The position numbers were made by a program, and so were the translations under genes. Of a stretch of DNA of 64,000 bases, positions 13,860 through 28,904 are shown piece by piece; position 1 is the first letter of the stretch, and each line of letters opens with the position of its first letter. The notes beneath the pieces were generated by a model. That model saw only the letters and a program-made list of their open reading frames with translations. It was not told the DNA's origin and did no database searches. Source of the stretch: Eledone cirrhosa. Its lineage: Eukaryota. The DNA is taken from assembly GCA_964016885.1 (NCBI GenBank), contig OZ024741.1, positions 58,590,001 to 58,654,000 on the forward strand, given 5' to 3'.

Positions 13860-14130
13860 TCTAATGCTGGTTCACAACAATGTGCACTCACCTCACTGTA
13901 AACTGGTAGTGCTGGTGCTATGATTAAATGTACCCAGTAGATCCTGTAAGGGGGCAGTGCTGATGCCATGATAAAAGGTACCCAGTACACTCTGGGAAGT
14001 GGTAGTGCTGACGCCATGATAAAATGTACCCAGTACACTCTGGCAGGTGGTAATGCTGGTGCTATGATGAAATGTACCCAGCACACTCTGGGAGGAGGTA
14101 GTGCTGGTGCCACAATAAATTGCACCCGAT
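13860..14130 (+). repeat. Tandem array of ~48-bp units from the RTE/SINE module (also 8270-8470, 10500-10790, 24250-24350, 63830-64000)
   Basis: About 5-6 copies of ggtagtgctggtgccatgataaaatgtacccagtacactctg. Confidence 0.85.
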
Positions 14131-15096
14131 AAAAAGTGTAGTGAACACGTGCTTTTCGGAAATATTGCTACCAAGTTGTATCAGTACGAATATATATATA
14201 TATACACACACACACACCAGGTACTCCATTACAAATAGATTCTCCATCCCTCCTACCTCATATAAGATCAGTTGTGTGTGTGTTTGTGTTCAAGTCATCA
14301 GATGTAACTTGTAATGCAATGAATAGTTGTGTATCTACCAAAATGATTCCCTACATCGTTTTAGTTTTTTCGTTTCCTTATTACATTTCTTCCCAGTTTA
14401 TTGTAGTTGTGGTTGCTGTAGTTGTTGTTGTTACACTAGCTTCCTTCTCTATCTCAATGTTCTTGTTTTTATTCTTTCATACTTTCAAATTCAATTTTAA
14501 GAATAAATAGAAAATATGCATCTTCTGTATTGATTCAAAACAAATATATTCATAAACTATGTATGTGTGTGTCTGATTTATGTGCATGTGCATATGTGTG
14601 TATGACTGTGTGTGTGTGTGTATATATATATACACACACACATATGTCTGTGTGTTCTATGTTTGACTGTGTGTAGATGCAAGTCTATTTACACACATAC
14701 AAACACACGTATTTTCATGTGCGTAAGTGTTATAAACAAAACAGATATATTCCATTTAGTACAGACAGATTTTTCTTCTGTTTCATCTTTCTATCTTCAA
14801 CCAATTGGTTTTGTTTTTATATTTGTTATTTCTCATATTATATGTTTTAAACTGTTGAGAAATATGCAAGTAATTCTTTTTTCCCCATATTACTTGTGTG
14901 TATATATATATATATCATCATCTAACGTCCAGCTTTCCTGCTAGCAAGGTGTGCGTGTGTGTGTACTATTTGAACAGATTATACATTTAAGCACAGATCT
15001 CTGCTTTCACCCATGTTTAAACTCATAATCCGTTATAAATGATAAATAATATATATATAAATATATACAAATATGTCTCTCTCTCTGTATGTATAT

Positions 15097-15127
<31 letters not shown>

Positions 15128-16297
15128 CATCATCATCATTTTATGTCTGCTTTTCCTGTATTGGTTGGATATTTAATCAAAGGTGCTTGAATACTCAATG
15201 TGTATATTTATATTCACATTCATGCAGTTTCTGTTAACCTTGTATTATATATGTATAGATATGTATTTACCATATAGGCTTGCCTATGCAAATGAAAGAA
15301 TCAAAACTCAATACATGGTAGAGTGGTGGGAATTTCATTAAAAATGTGAGGAAGTTTGAAAAATGAACTTAAGCATGAAACTCCTTGAACTAAGTATTTT
15401 TATAGCTTTACAGCTATAGTAATAATAATAATATTAATAATAGTAATTGCCAGGAGTTTCCAGTGGAAGGAAGTTGCTATAGAAGTAGACCAGGGAAAAC
15501 TTTGGTATAAATAGAATGGAATGCATCTCTGTTGGTTTTGGTGATCAATGTTTCAGTTGTTCATTCAATGGAATGGGCTGCTCATGAGAATGATGTGTAA
15601 GTGGCTGAACATTCCACAGACATGTGTATCCTTAATTTAATTCTCAGGGAGATTGAGTGGAACACAGTGTGTAACAAGGTTGGCTGGCTCTTTGAATTAC
15701 AGGTACATCTGGTATGCTTCAAAACATTTTCCACCTACCCAATATCATTCACAATGAAGGCTATGGTAAATAACACTTGATTTTAAATATTTCTCTACTC
15801 TACTCATTTTATCAATGTGTTGATTATTGTCAAAGTACTGAAATACATGTGGTGTTATTGTAATAGTCACCATCATCATCATCATCAATATTTTTTACAC
15901 CTGCTTTTCCCTGCTTGCATGGGTTGAACAGGTCCTCTTCAAAAAGCATTCTTTATCACCTTTGTGATTCAACATTCTGATTAAGCTTCCATAAATTCTG
16001 CCCATGTCTTCTTGGCCTTCCTCCTCCAAGCTTCTTTTGACTTGAAATTTTTAGTACATCTTTTCTCAACTATCATTATTCATATGCATTACATGTCCAG
16101 GCCGCGTGGGTGGTGGATTTGAAGAATTGTTAGAGCATCTAATGAAATTTGAGTTCCATCGATGGCCCAGATTAATCACCTGTTAATAAAACTATAACTG
16201 ATTATGAAAGCTCCAATGAGTGGAGGAGAACTGGTCATCTGCTACTGCACTCAAATGATGATGTTGCTGACTCTACTCACTATTTCAACTTGTTAAT

Positions 16298-16725
16298 TAA
16301 CCCCTTTGATACCAACCAGGCCATAACCAGTTCTGGTATTATGAAATAAAACCACCCATTTTTAAGAGTTCTTATTTAAATTAATATTTTCCAACATAAT
16401 TTTATATAAGAACTTTATATTAAGTTACTATCTTAATAACACAGGAATTAATCATTTTAGTAAATCCCTACAAATTCTTTAGTAATTAATTGAGACAGAT
16501 CTAATAAACTGGAACACTCGTTTTGGATACCAACCCGGTGAAAATATAACCCCTTTTAAAAAGCTATTTAATTAATATCTTCCAATATTATTTTATATAA
16601 GAACCTTATGTTAAGTTACTAACTTAGTAACAATGTAATTAATTATTATAGTAAACCTCTCAAAATTCTTCATTAATTAATTTAAATAGTGTTTTTCATT
16701 AGAAATATGGCATTGAAAGGGTTAC
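16298..16725. mobile_element. piggyBac-type MITE family B, partly duplicated (relatives at ~1455-1692, 25020-25165, 27795-28035, 31010-31203, 34480-34770, 42250-42455, 58490-58810)
   Basis: Begins ttaacccctttgatacc and ends ttcattagaaatatgg..tgaaagggtta; shares internal sequence with the other copies. Confidence 0.6.
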
Positions 16726-17159
16726 TGTCAAACACAGTTATGATGAATTGTGAGAATTGGTATTGTCAGACTAAATACCTCATACCTTGTGGTATTTAGT
16801 TAATGCCCTTTTACAACCCACTGGGGTCAACTTCACCTTTTATTTTTCTGGAATTGACATAATCAGGTTCCCCCTTCTCCAACTGGTACCATGATTAAAT
16901 GCACATAGTACACTCTGTATTGAAGTTGGCATGAAGAAAAGCATCCAGCTGAAGAAACCATGCTAAAAATATGGAATGTAATGAGAAAGACATGGTTATG
17001 TGTGCAATTTCAGACCGTGACAACCTGTCCAATGTATGTATGCCAGCATGTAGAACGGACAAACATAATGGTGATGATGATGATGATGCCTATGTTAAAA
17101 AAAGAAAATATTTTACAATTCTTTTATTTTCATCCCTTTCTATTTTTATATTTTTGCAG

Positions 17160-17259
17160 GATTATACTTGTGGGAACATATTTTGAATGGACATTTAGAA
17201 CGTAAGCTTGGTGGTATGTGGAGTTATGGCATGAAGAAAATCAACAATATACGATTCAA
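17160..17259 (+). CDS. RXYLT1: Internal coding exon of ribitol-5-phosphate xylosyltransferase 1 (TMEM5) ortholog
   Basis: Polypyrimidine tract and ttgcag| acceptor, AA|gtaact donor. The phase 1 to phase 2 reading is (G)LYLWEHILNGHLERKLGGMWSYGMKKINNIRF(K). This matches the GLYLWEHI..G......W..G segment of TMEM5/RXYLT1, recalled from memory. The flanking exons were not found in the window. Confidence 0.85.
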
Positions 17260-18744
17260 GTAACTACAGTATTTTTTTCTTATTTTACACACCATATTAC
17301 CCAGCATTGAAGACACTCCAGCATTATGGGTGCAACTTCATTTTGTGTTGCTAAATTTAAAGAAAGAGGCCTGTAAAGTTGCATGGCATGGTGGTTAGGG
17401 TGCTGGACTTATGATCCTATGGCTATGAGTTTTATACCTGGATCAGGTGGTGTGTTGTTTTTTAGCCAGACACTTCATTTCCTGGTGCTTTCCATGGTAG
17501 GACTGGGGCCCCCTATCATTAAAACACACAGGAAACCTCCTGGGAGGTACAATTTTGTAACAGGCTAGCTAAACCTGTGTAGATGTGAGCTGTAATAACA
17601 TCAGGATATAACTGGTGTTCCTATCAATAAAATGCCCTAGAAACCCTCATATGAGGTGCATTCTCATAGCTGGCCAGTTAACCCTGCATAGGTGTGAGCT
17701 GTAAATTTCATATTTTTCATTTTCTATAAATAATATAACCTTCAACATTCAAGATGCAGGGTAGGTTTCCTAGACATATTCAGTAGGGAGAGCTGGAACT
17801 ACCTTCCATGCTGGGAAATATGGTAATTTTCTATAAGGTATATTTTGAGTTTCTAAATGTTGAGAGTAAACATAATAAAAAAAATGCCTACAAAAAATAA
17901 ATATTAAAACATCAGGTTTGAGGTTTGATTTTGGTTAGAAGCACCAAATATAACAGATATACTGACAAATTAATACTTGGAAAATCATTTTCAGTGCAAA
18001 AAGGTTTTTCTTTTTTTTTTGTTTGTGTGATATTTCGACATAAAATATTCTTTTCAAATGTTGTTCATGGTTGTAAATTCTGAGATGTCAGGGAATTAGA
18101 AAATACTTATCTTAGTATTTGGGTTTTTTTTCCCCCTCATTTTTTCCTCATTCTGCCTCAGCAGGTCACAAAATGCAACTACATAATGTGGAAACCAAGC
18201 TGGAAAGCAGCTGTATAGTAAAATTTTAGTGACAGCATGGCTTTAGCTGCCACATGATATTGATGGTGACAAGAACTATGTTTGGTTTTCTTAAGACAGT
18301 GTTTCTGTAGTGTAAAAAGTCTGTCACACTGGAAAGGGGATGGTAAAAGTCTGTGTGTCTGTGAGAGAGTGAGAGCAATGGTGGTGATGATCTTACAACT
18401 TTATAGAAAGGGAGAGGTAAGAGTGTGTTTGAGAGAGAGGGAGAGAGAGAACTAAAAAAAGAATTACTTTCTAAAATGTAGATCACACTGTGGGAACAGG
18501 ATGGTGAGAGTAGTGGTGTTGATAATGGTACTAGCAGCAATGCCAAAATCCCATTTTGTATGGAAAAGGCATGGTCAGTGTGTATATGAGTTAGACGAGG
18601 AGATAGGGGTTACTTTTATGAAAAATATTGTTTATCCTCAAATTGTGAGTAAAATATTCTATTTTGGTAGTTTGTCATTTGTTAAATTTATTCAATATAT
18701 TTTGTGTTGTATACATGTAATTAAGTACTCTGTGTATGTATGTG

Positions 18745-18776
<32 letters not shown>

Positions 18777-19602
18777 ACTTATAAAGAAAACATTTAAAAT
18801 GTCATTTGATCTTTAATTCTTGGTGGTTGTTTCTAATTAAACTAGTTTTTAAAAATCTCTTTGTAGCCTGACTAGGCAATTTCAATAGAGATTGGTTAGA
18901 AGCTGCAAATATTCTGATACACTGATAAATTAGAATGTTATTTTCTCATAGATTTGTTTGAATATATGTTCATTTCTTGAAAATATGCTGAGTTTGACTT
19001 TTAAGCTGTTTGTTGTTCAGTTATATTTGTGACATATACAACTTGCTCTCACATAAATGTGACGCATACACAATGCTATCTCTCTCTCCCTCTCTCTCTC
19101 TCTCAATAATGTGTTATTGCTAAAAAAACTAAATTATATTAATATTATCTTTAACAATTGAAATGTCATTTTCAATTCAATATCACAAATCACACACACA
19201 CACTATATATATATATTTGTGTGTCTGTATATATACACACACTATATATATATTTGTGTGTATGGTATGTGTGTATATATATATTTATATATATATATAC
19301 ACACACACACACGTACACATATACATATACATCCTGAAATTTTTTTTAGAATACTCCATAACCTTTTAACATTTAATATATGGATACTTCTCACTACTAA
19401 CAGATAGTAAGTACTTACTGATAAAATATTGAATGTGTGTATATTCTATTTCCATTCATGTGGGTGTATGCATACATAGCCAGTCAAATCTGTTGACATA
19501 TTTGCTTATTTGCACATATATCTATTCATACATATATATATATATATATAAACACATATGTATATAAATATTTTTGAAATACTTTAATACACATGCTCAT
19601 TT

Positions 19603-19648
<46 letters not shown>

Positions 19649-21694
19649 TATAGATATATATATTCTTGTTGAATTTGTAGGACTTGAAATGCCGACTTTA
19701 AGCTTTTAGATCTTCCTATACTGTTGTTGTTGTTGTCTGTTTGTCTTCACAGATACAAAGGTGTGAAACCGAAGCATTTGTTACTATAATTTAAGTCATT
19801 ACAATCATTTGATAAACAGTGGGTGCTCGCCAACTACAAAGTTTGGCATGCCTTACCTGGTCATTAAAATCCCGCTTCAGTCATGTATGTAGAATTCAGT
19901 GTTTTCTTAGAACCTGGCTTTCCTTCTTCGTTCATTAGTTCCATTGTTACTTGCCAAATCTGTCTAAAACACATCAGTACTATGGTTGTCTTCGTGTTTT
20001 GCAGTGATTTCAAATTCAGCCTTATATTTACTGAGATTAAAGGGTCTTTCTGTCTCTCCTACTCTTTAAAATGGCAAAGGTGGTGAAGAAAAAGAAACAA
20101 AAATTATACCTTGCTACATACATACTTATATATATATATAATTTCCTTTAATGAAAGATACCACTGCAAGCAGGCAATTAGCAAAGACTTTGGCTGTCTC
20201 GTACAATGATTGATTATTTTCCAACTACATTGATGATGGCTTTTAAGAGTTTTCAATAACTGTTCTTAGGATCAACTAAACATTCTTAATGAATTCCATA
20301 AGAATCTGTATTTTCCTAAGTTGTAATTTTCTAATGTTCTCACAGCCGTTTATTTGTTCTTAAACTAAATACTATTATTATGTACATTTCAGCCCCAAAG
20401 TAAGCTGACTAATTTACTTGGCATCGAAGTGTGAGTTAGCTTAAATAGATAGAAAGAATATGTTGGACCTCCATCGGTTCCAGTGAGTGTTCCAGTTGTT
20501 TGATCAATGGAACAGCCTACTTATGAAGTTAATATGCAAGTGGATGAGCATACAGCACATGTTATTCTCTGCGAGATTCAGCATGGCACTGTGTGTGATA
20601 AGACTGCCTTTTTGAATTATAGGTACAACTAATTTTTTTCTAGTTGAGTGAACAGGAGCAATGTGAAATAAGGTGTCTTGCTCAAAGACACAATGTGCCA
20701 CTGGGAATTGAATTCATGACTCCACCATCATAAGCTGAATATCTTAACCACTTAGCCATGTACCTTCATTACTTCTAGAAGCAGTTTCCTGACCAGTATT
20801 TCCCCCAAATCATTGACTAAACTCACATGTGCTTTCATCCTGTAAAAGATTTTTTTTTGTTTTTCATTTCTTTTTTTTTTTAATTTCTATCTCTCATTCT
20901 ATTTTCCAATAGAACTAATGTCTGAATGGCTCTTTCCTACTATATCAAATGTTAAACTAATATATATCATCATTGTGTTTTTCTTTATAGACTTTTCGCA
21001 TGTATGTATGTGTATGTGTCTAAGCCTCACATTTTACATACATTTATAATGTACCATATATTTTAAATAATAAATGTTAATTCAAATGTTTATTGTGCCT
21101 TTAAGTGGATAGACTTTTTTTGCATTTTTCAAAAATGTCCTATTAATGAGGTTTGTTAATTCAAAAGTTTATAATATTGAGCAGGCTATTGTGAAAATTT
21201 GCAGTATTAAAGATTTTAATTTTTAATCTGACGCAATCAGTATCCTTTTGTACCTTTCAAGTATGTCTTGTTAATGCAGTTTCATATGGTATAGAATATT
21301 AAGAGTATGCAAAAGTTTTAATGATATTATCAATCAATAATTGAAGCAGTGAAACTTTACATAACAACCGTTGACATTCTCTTCACTGTACATATTAAAT
21401 ATAAAATTCTGTAAGTCATTCTGAACACGTAATAGTTTATTGAAGTTAACAAACAATGAATTGTACAGATGCAGTCTGGAAGTACTCAACACCTCAATAA
21501 GAATTTCACAATGTGACAGACAAAAACCTACAAATGTGTATTATTTTCCTGATCTAGAGGGGGACTTCAACAGGTCTTATTGACACAATCATTTAAAATC
21601 AATCAAGAAAATTTAATTGAATTCTCAAATATTTTGCAGTTTTGATTGAAACACTAGGTTTTACTAGTTGTAATAAATGTGTTGTTGGATCTTC

Positions 21695-22005
21695 ATTAGT
21701 TCTGATGAGTGTTCCATTTGATGCAAGTAACAGAATAGCCTGTTTGTGAAATTAACATGTAAGTGGCTGAGCATTTAGTAGACATGTGCACTTTTAACAT
21801 AGTTCTCAGAGATTCTGAGTGATAGAGTGTATGAGAAGGTTGGCTCTTTGAATTTACAGGTATGGCTCGTTTTTGCCAGCTGAGTGGACTGAAGCAACAT
21901 GAAATATAGTATTTTCACCAAGAACACAATGCAGACCTGGAAATCAAATTCACAATCTTATGATCATTAGCTGAACACCCTAACCACTAAGCTACACACC
22001 TTCAC
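21695..22005 (-). mobile_element. tRNA-derived SINE (family also at ~12740-13080, 15545-15710, 20470-20770, 23095-23340, 41420-41670, 61865-62030)
   Basis: Shared gtggctgagcattcc..gggagattcagc..ttgaattacaggtac body and a tRNA-like head (ctaaccactaagc on +). Confidence 0.75.
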
Positions 22006-25000
22006 TTGTAGTAAATGTGTTGTATATTGCCATGAGATTCAAACTGCAGGCAAGTTTTTATAAGTTGTCACATGATGTTCATGCACTGAAGTGATTCCAT
22101 AAACTTTAGCATCATCATTTAATTTCCATTTTACCTGATAGCAAGAGTTGGACAGGTCATCACTAACCAAGTCAGTACACAAGCAGAGCGACTCTACAGA
22201 ATTAATTGTGCATTTTATCTTGAAGATAACAATGCATATAAAAAAGAATAAGGCATTAGGAGAGGGTCTCTAGCCATAGAAAACCTGCTTCAAAATTCTC
22301 ATCCAACCCATGCTGGCATGGAAAAAGGGAAAGTGGGGTGATGATGATGTGAATGATTAACTGGCTGCTTTTATTCTGACGTCATCTTAGTATCTAATAA
22401 GAGAATATTATTAAGTAAATAATTAATGGCCTTATACTGACAAGTTTCTATTTTTTATTGACATACTGGCATTCATACATCCTCACTAAAGCTGGCTAAT
22501 TACAAAAATGGAATAAGAATTAATTGTAGTTATTAATTCACTGACAAACACATTCAAAGTGTCTAAAGTGTCTCTCTATTTCACTGCTAGTAGACAAAAC
22601 TAATTTAGTTAAAGCATTTTTTTATTTTTTTAAGTACTTGAAGTACTTTTGATTTCTTTAGTAGCTGGCATATTTTACTTGTAGTTCCACCATAATGTAC
22701 GTTGAAATATTACATTTTCTCTCAGAAAAGTTTTGAGTTTATCTGCATTAAAAAGAAGGTAGTGAATTGACAGATTCATTAGAACATTGGATAGAATACT
22801 TTGCAATATTTGTTCTATCTCTATGTGCTCTGAGTTCAAATTCTGCCGGGGTCAGCTTTACCTTTCATTCTTTTGAGGTTGATAAAATTCCTGTTCAGTA
22901 TTTCATTAATCTCTCTCGCTTTCTCCCTTTTTCTCTAGAAAAAACGACTGTGTTCAAACATGGAGTATAGCGCAATGGTGCTCCTATTACACCATCAGGA
23001 ATTAAGGGCCCATACATGAGGCATTAGAATAGACCCTCAGCCCCCAAAAATAACATTTAAACATTTTTTCCTGTGTATTACATACTGCTGTGAAGGCACA
23101 TGGCTTTCTGGATAGGGTTCCGCTCCTAATCATAGGATCATGAAATTGATTCCTAGTGGTGCAGTGTGTTCTTGACTGTAATTCAAAGGGCCAATCTAGT
23201 TCCGTCTGTGTAATGCTAAATCTCCCTGAAAATTATATTAAAGGTACTTGTGTCTGTGCAATGCTTAGCCACTTGCTGTTGATTTCATGAATAAGCTGAC
23301 CCATTGATCAAACATTTGGAATACTCATCAGAACCAAGAGACCCAACTACACACATATAAATAACCATGAACCCTAGGCTACCTCTACAATGTGTACAAC
23401 ATCCCCCCCCCCCCCCCCCCCCAATAAAATACACATGGCAAAGATGCTTATTAATTTATTTATTGATTGCAGGAATTTTTTATTATTATTATTATTATAC
23501 AAATTTGTATAAAATTCTGATCCTTAAAGGTTTAGTAATACACCTCTGGAGAGCAGATAGGCTCTGCCTGGTGTTAAAATATGCACTAGAAATTCTGTAT
23601 GTCGATATGATGCCCCTACAATTTCCTCAGAAGTAACAGGGCCAGGCATGCAATGCACCTCTAGGCAGCTGCCTAGTTAACTTAAAGATATTGTCAGTCC
23701 TGTGACAACATAATGATTTCTAATTTAGACACAAAACCAGTAATTCTATAGGGGGGGAAAGTCAATTATATCGATCCCAATATTAAATTTTATCAACATC
23801 AGAAGAATGAAAGGCAGTATTTGAACTCGGAACGTAAAGGGTCAGTACCAATAACACAAAGCATTTTCTCCAACACTAACGACTCTCCCAATTTGCCACC
23901 TAACATATAACATATATTAGCAATACTCCTGCTGCTAATAGAAGTGATTGTGTTAATCTACTCTATGAGTAGATTTGCAATTTTGTAAATGATATGTGGT
24001 ATATAGGTCAGTTAATGTCAAACACTTAGTGCAACATTTATTGTTTAGAGAACTTAGAAGTAAATCTTGTGGAAAAAGCTAGGCTAGAAAAAATTGGTGT
24101 AAATCATCATCATCATTTTATGTCTGCTTTCCATGCTGCCATGGGTTGTCTTGGTTGGCTCAGTCCAAGACTTGATAGATTGGTGCAACCATGTCTTGAT
24201 CATATGTTCCATGTTTTGTCATGGTCTCTATAACTGGGTGCCTTTTCTAATGTCAACCACTTTACAGATTGTACTGAATGTGCTTTATGATAGCACCAGC
24301 ACTACCACTTTACAGATTGTACTGAGTGCATTTATCATGGCACCAGCACTAGAGAAGTTATCAGATACTCTACAGATACAAATGGTCCTCTTTACTTTAT
24401 GTTGTTGCAATGTTTCTGGAGTGGAACGCTACCAAAGGGTTTCTCATCACATTTATTTTCAGTATTATAGTGTTTGTACTGATGTGGGGTCAGCAAGTCT
24501 TTTCTATTAAGTCATATTGACACTCTGCTCAATCCTGTGTTGTCTCTAGCTGAAGATGATAATCATGATGAAGATAGGTTGCGGCTGATGATAATGATAT
24601 ACATATAAAATCCAACAAGTACATTTGTAAGGATTTAATTTAGAAAATTGGCTGTGAATTTTTAATGTAATTAGTTAATTATGAATATTTAACAATTTAT
24701 TTAAAATATTTTATAGTTTCCAATTATTTGATTCTAGTAAAGAATGGAACTATATTCATTCAGTCTACTGCATTGAAACAATCAAATACATTACTATTAT
24801 TACTACTACTATTACTACTCTTATTATCATCATCACAATCAAACCTCTTGCAATTAAAAATAATGATATGGATTCTAAAAGATAATAGTTGTTTCACAGC
24901 TATGTTGGTCTGTTATAATGTTAAATGTATTTTCCATCATCACCACCACAACTTATATTTTATATACTAGTTTCAGCCAGTTGTTTCTGACCATGCTAGG

Positions 25001-28000
25001 ATACTGAAACTGTCTCTGGCTGTTTATTTTAAAGAATATTCATTATCCAAACATCAAATAAATGAGATATTTTACTAAATCCCTTCAAATACCCAGTTAT
25101 TTCCAGAATTATTTGAAAATCATAGGCAGTTTTTCATTAGAAATATAGTAATGAAAAGGTTAATAGTTTGAGAGACAGCTCTCCCCAACCTTTCTCTCTG
25201 TCTTCTCCTCTTTCTTATGTCTCCCAATATTTCAGAGAAGCTATAACAATTTCTACATCATATTTATTTTTTGTTGATGAACATAAAAAAAGGATAAATA
25301 ACTAAGTTACATAACTACAAAAATTTCAATTTAATAAAACTGATTGAATTGAATAAAAATTCCCAATTGTAGAATTTGATTTAGTTAGAATTGTAATTAT
25401 TTTTCAGAATTTATTCCATGTTAGTTTTGTTAAAGATTGTATTTTATATGTATGAAAGAGTCTTCACTAAATGTTTTTGTTTTTCTTTGTTATGGTAGTT
25501 GTGTCTGTAGATAATATTGTATTTACCTCTTCTTTTTTTTTATTAACTTCAAATTTTAATAAAGTAGTTAGTTATTTAAATAAGAATATATGTGAGTCAT
25601 GTATCTGCTTTCAAATAGACACAGAAGCAACTAAAAGGGTTAGTATCAAGAAGAGCATTCAGCTGTAAGACATTGCCTCAAAAAGTCCTATCCAACCCAT
25701 GCCAAAATGATTATATATATATATATAAACCACAACTGCTCCTAGCTCAGTATCATAGCTACACTTTTTCTTATTTCTTATTCTGTTTTTTTCTTACTCT
25801 ACTTTGATAAAAGGTTTATCCCTAAATGTCATTTCCACTGTACATGCCTTGTTCATATTTTTGTGCATATATTTTGTCAACCATATCTTTTTTTTTTTTT
25901 TTTTTTGCTATTTGTTTATTTTATGTTTGTGATTATGACAATGATAATTAAGATGCCAATGTTTGCGACTATGATGGCAGTGATAATAGTGATGACAATA
26001 ACAATATTGACAATGAGGATTGTATCTATGATGGCAGTGTTTAACTGTCATTCTGCCACTTCATTGCTTATTCAGCAGATGTACTTGGAGAAAATTTCCT
26101 ATTGAAACTCCTTCTCTATAAAAATAGTCAGACTAAACTGGCCATTCAAATAGACAAATGTCTGATAAAGCATTATTAATAAATTGTTAAATTTCAAAGG
26201 CAATTAATGGAATTTCATGAAAATGAAAATTTCAGAGATGAAGAATGAGATATTGAGAGAAAGTTTACAATCCAATATGCTACTTAAAATGTCTGGCTTG
26301 CTCTGATTAAATGCTTTAAATTTAGGTGGCTATATCATGTAACAACAACAACAATACTCTCAATTTACATGGCTATAAAAAAAACCAAGAACATTTTATT
26401 TTATTTTTAGATAACTAAATCATAATTTTTAAAAATCATGTCACAGCAACAACAAATTAGATTCTAAAATACAAAAGGCCTGAAATGGTATCAGCACATT
26501 TTCCATCAAATATTCTTAAGTACCAAATTTTTATTTGTAGCTTAAACACAAATATTAATTTCATGAAACCTGTCTACTTGAAGTGAAAATATCAAAGTCA
26601 TAATTATTTTCCATGTCTATAACACTAATGTAATGAATGATAATATAATTAATACACTCGCACACACATACACACACAAGTTGTGAATATGTGTACTAAA
26701 TGCTATATACTATAAGCAGAGAAGGGAAATAAAGACCTAGTGGTTGTTGTTAGCAGCTGTGAAGGAGTTAATAGGTGATATAATAAAAAAAGTAAAGCTA
26801 ACAGCATTATCTCTCTTTTCACAACACATTCAAGGGATTTAGTTGATCATATGAAACTCAGAACTTATTTTTTTCAAGTCTGGTACTTATTTTATCAACC
26901 TCTTCTATTTAGCTACTAAGTAAGGGATATAAAGACAGATCTAAGTATAGACACACACACATATATATAACAGGTTTCTGAAGTTTCTGTTTAGTAAATT
27001 CTACTCACAAGGCAAGAGTAGGAGTCAATTTGCCCAAAGTTCCACACAGTGGGATTGACCCTGAAACCTTGTGATTGCAAAGTGAACTCATTAACCACAC
27101 ACATACACAGCCATGCCTGCACCAATTAGTTTTGGAATTTAAAATGCAATTCCTAAGATTTCTTGTCAGAAGAGTTCACTTTTTTTTCTTTTGTCACTTT
27201 CAAAATGCTAATGTGGGTATTTCTATATGTAATATACATTTTTATGTAAACATTTCTATGTATAATAAATATTTCCAGTAAAGTTTTATATATGCTAGCA
27301 ATGTGATGATCTTGAATAATGATTTATAAAACAAAGCATTAAATTAGATAAACTCAATGAGATTGTATTCCTCTTTGGTAGCAAATGCAGTAGTAGTAAA
27401 GTTGAAGAACTGAAGAAGCCCATTGGCAATTCCTGCCATGAAGCTCACACATTAAGCCATTGAAATTGTCTAAGTTGTCCTCTTTTCATTCAAGCACAAA
27501 ATGTTTATAGCAGTTACGTCTTTGGCTTGCTCCCATCTTTCAATAAATAAACTTACTCCATTCAACTAAATATAATTTGATTTAATTTGCATTACCATTA
27601 TAGTGGAAAGGCAAGCAACAACATTTTCCTCCATACTTTCCAAGTATATGATGAATAAGTAAGTACACAATGTAATGTTAAAAAGAATTACATCAACATA
27701 TAATAGGCAACTGCAGCCATCCATATATTTTACAGTGTTATTACAATTCTAATCAAATGACAGCAAACATATTGTCAACAGATACCAATCTTTTTGATAA
27801 CAAACTATCTAAAACTGCCCCTGGTTCTGTGATAAAAACTGTTTGATTTATATTTATCTAAAACATTCCATTTTAATTTATATAAGAACCTTTATTAAGT
27901 TATGTTCCCAAACACCAGTCTAATAATGAACAAGTTAGATATATTAACAAATCACTTAAAATATTTATTTTCAAATTTTTTTTATAATAATAGGGAATGT

Positions 28001-28310
28001 CTTTTATTAGAAATATAGTAATGGAATGATTAAATATATTTTTGCAATTATTATTTCGATTGGCAGTATCGGACGCCATGCTTTGACATAGAGTTACGGC
28101 CCTTGCTATTCTGAGTTCAAATCCAGTCGAGGTTAACTTTGCCTTTCATCCTTACGAGGTCGATAAAAGAAAGTACCAGTAATACACTGGATAATTGCTG
28201 GCCTTGTGCCAAAAGTAGAAACAATTATTATTATTATTATTATTTTTAATTAAATGAGAAAAAAATAACATACAACTGCATATCATCATCCTTTTATGTA
28301 CACTTTCTAT

Positions 28311-28680
28311 GTTGGTTCCCAAACTTTTCTTTATTCATGGTGCACTTTAGAACAAATAAAAAATATCTTAGCACACTTTGTACCTAAATTCAAAAATTTA
28401 TTCAAAAGTGATATAAAGCAGAAATATAGATAATTAAAATTACAGAAAAAATATTTGTACTTCCTTCTTTAATTAATAAATGGAGCAAAGTTATGAAAAA
28501 CAAGTGCTTGGTGTTTTGTGGCAATGTTTTCATTCTTAGTTTAGTGGTTTCCCACTTTTACAGTTAAATATGAACTTCATTATGAATTTCAATTTTTATT
28601 TTTCTATTGTGAAATAGAATCTTATTCTTTCAAAATGCATCAATTACATCCCACAGTGCACCTGGTTTGCAAACCGCTCA
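28311..28680. mobile_element. Possible hAT/Charlie-type MITE
   Basis: Ends ggttcccaaac ... gtttgcaaaccgct are degenerate versions of hAT-Charlie TIRs; no TSD could be resolved. Confidence 0.4.
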
Positions 28681-28904
28681 GTTCTTTGAAGTAACTTCTC
28701 TCCTAGATGTGTCTGAAGGCTATGTTTCATTTGTTAAAATTTCTAACATGGTTTCTATAGCTGAACCCCTTTCCTAACACTAACAATTTTACAGTGGTTT
28801 GTACTTGTATATCATAGAGTTTTCAGCCAGCATGTGATTACCTACAGGACCTAAAAAACTTAAATTCAAAATATATGGTACATTGTAAATGTTGGTAAAT
28901 GGTT

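Noticed and set aside
13860-14130. Regular ~48-bp array resembling CRISPR (also 7130-7420, 8270-8470)
   Set aside because: Whole units are homologous with no unique spacers, there are no cas genes, the context is eukaryotic, and the units belong to the RTE/SINE module.
17160-17201. Alternative 42-nt exon using the AC|gtaagc donor
   Set aside because: The reading frame and RXYLT1 similarity (W..G) continue to the 17259 donor.
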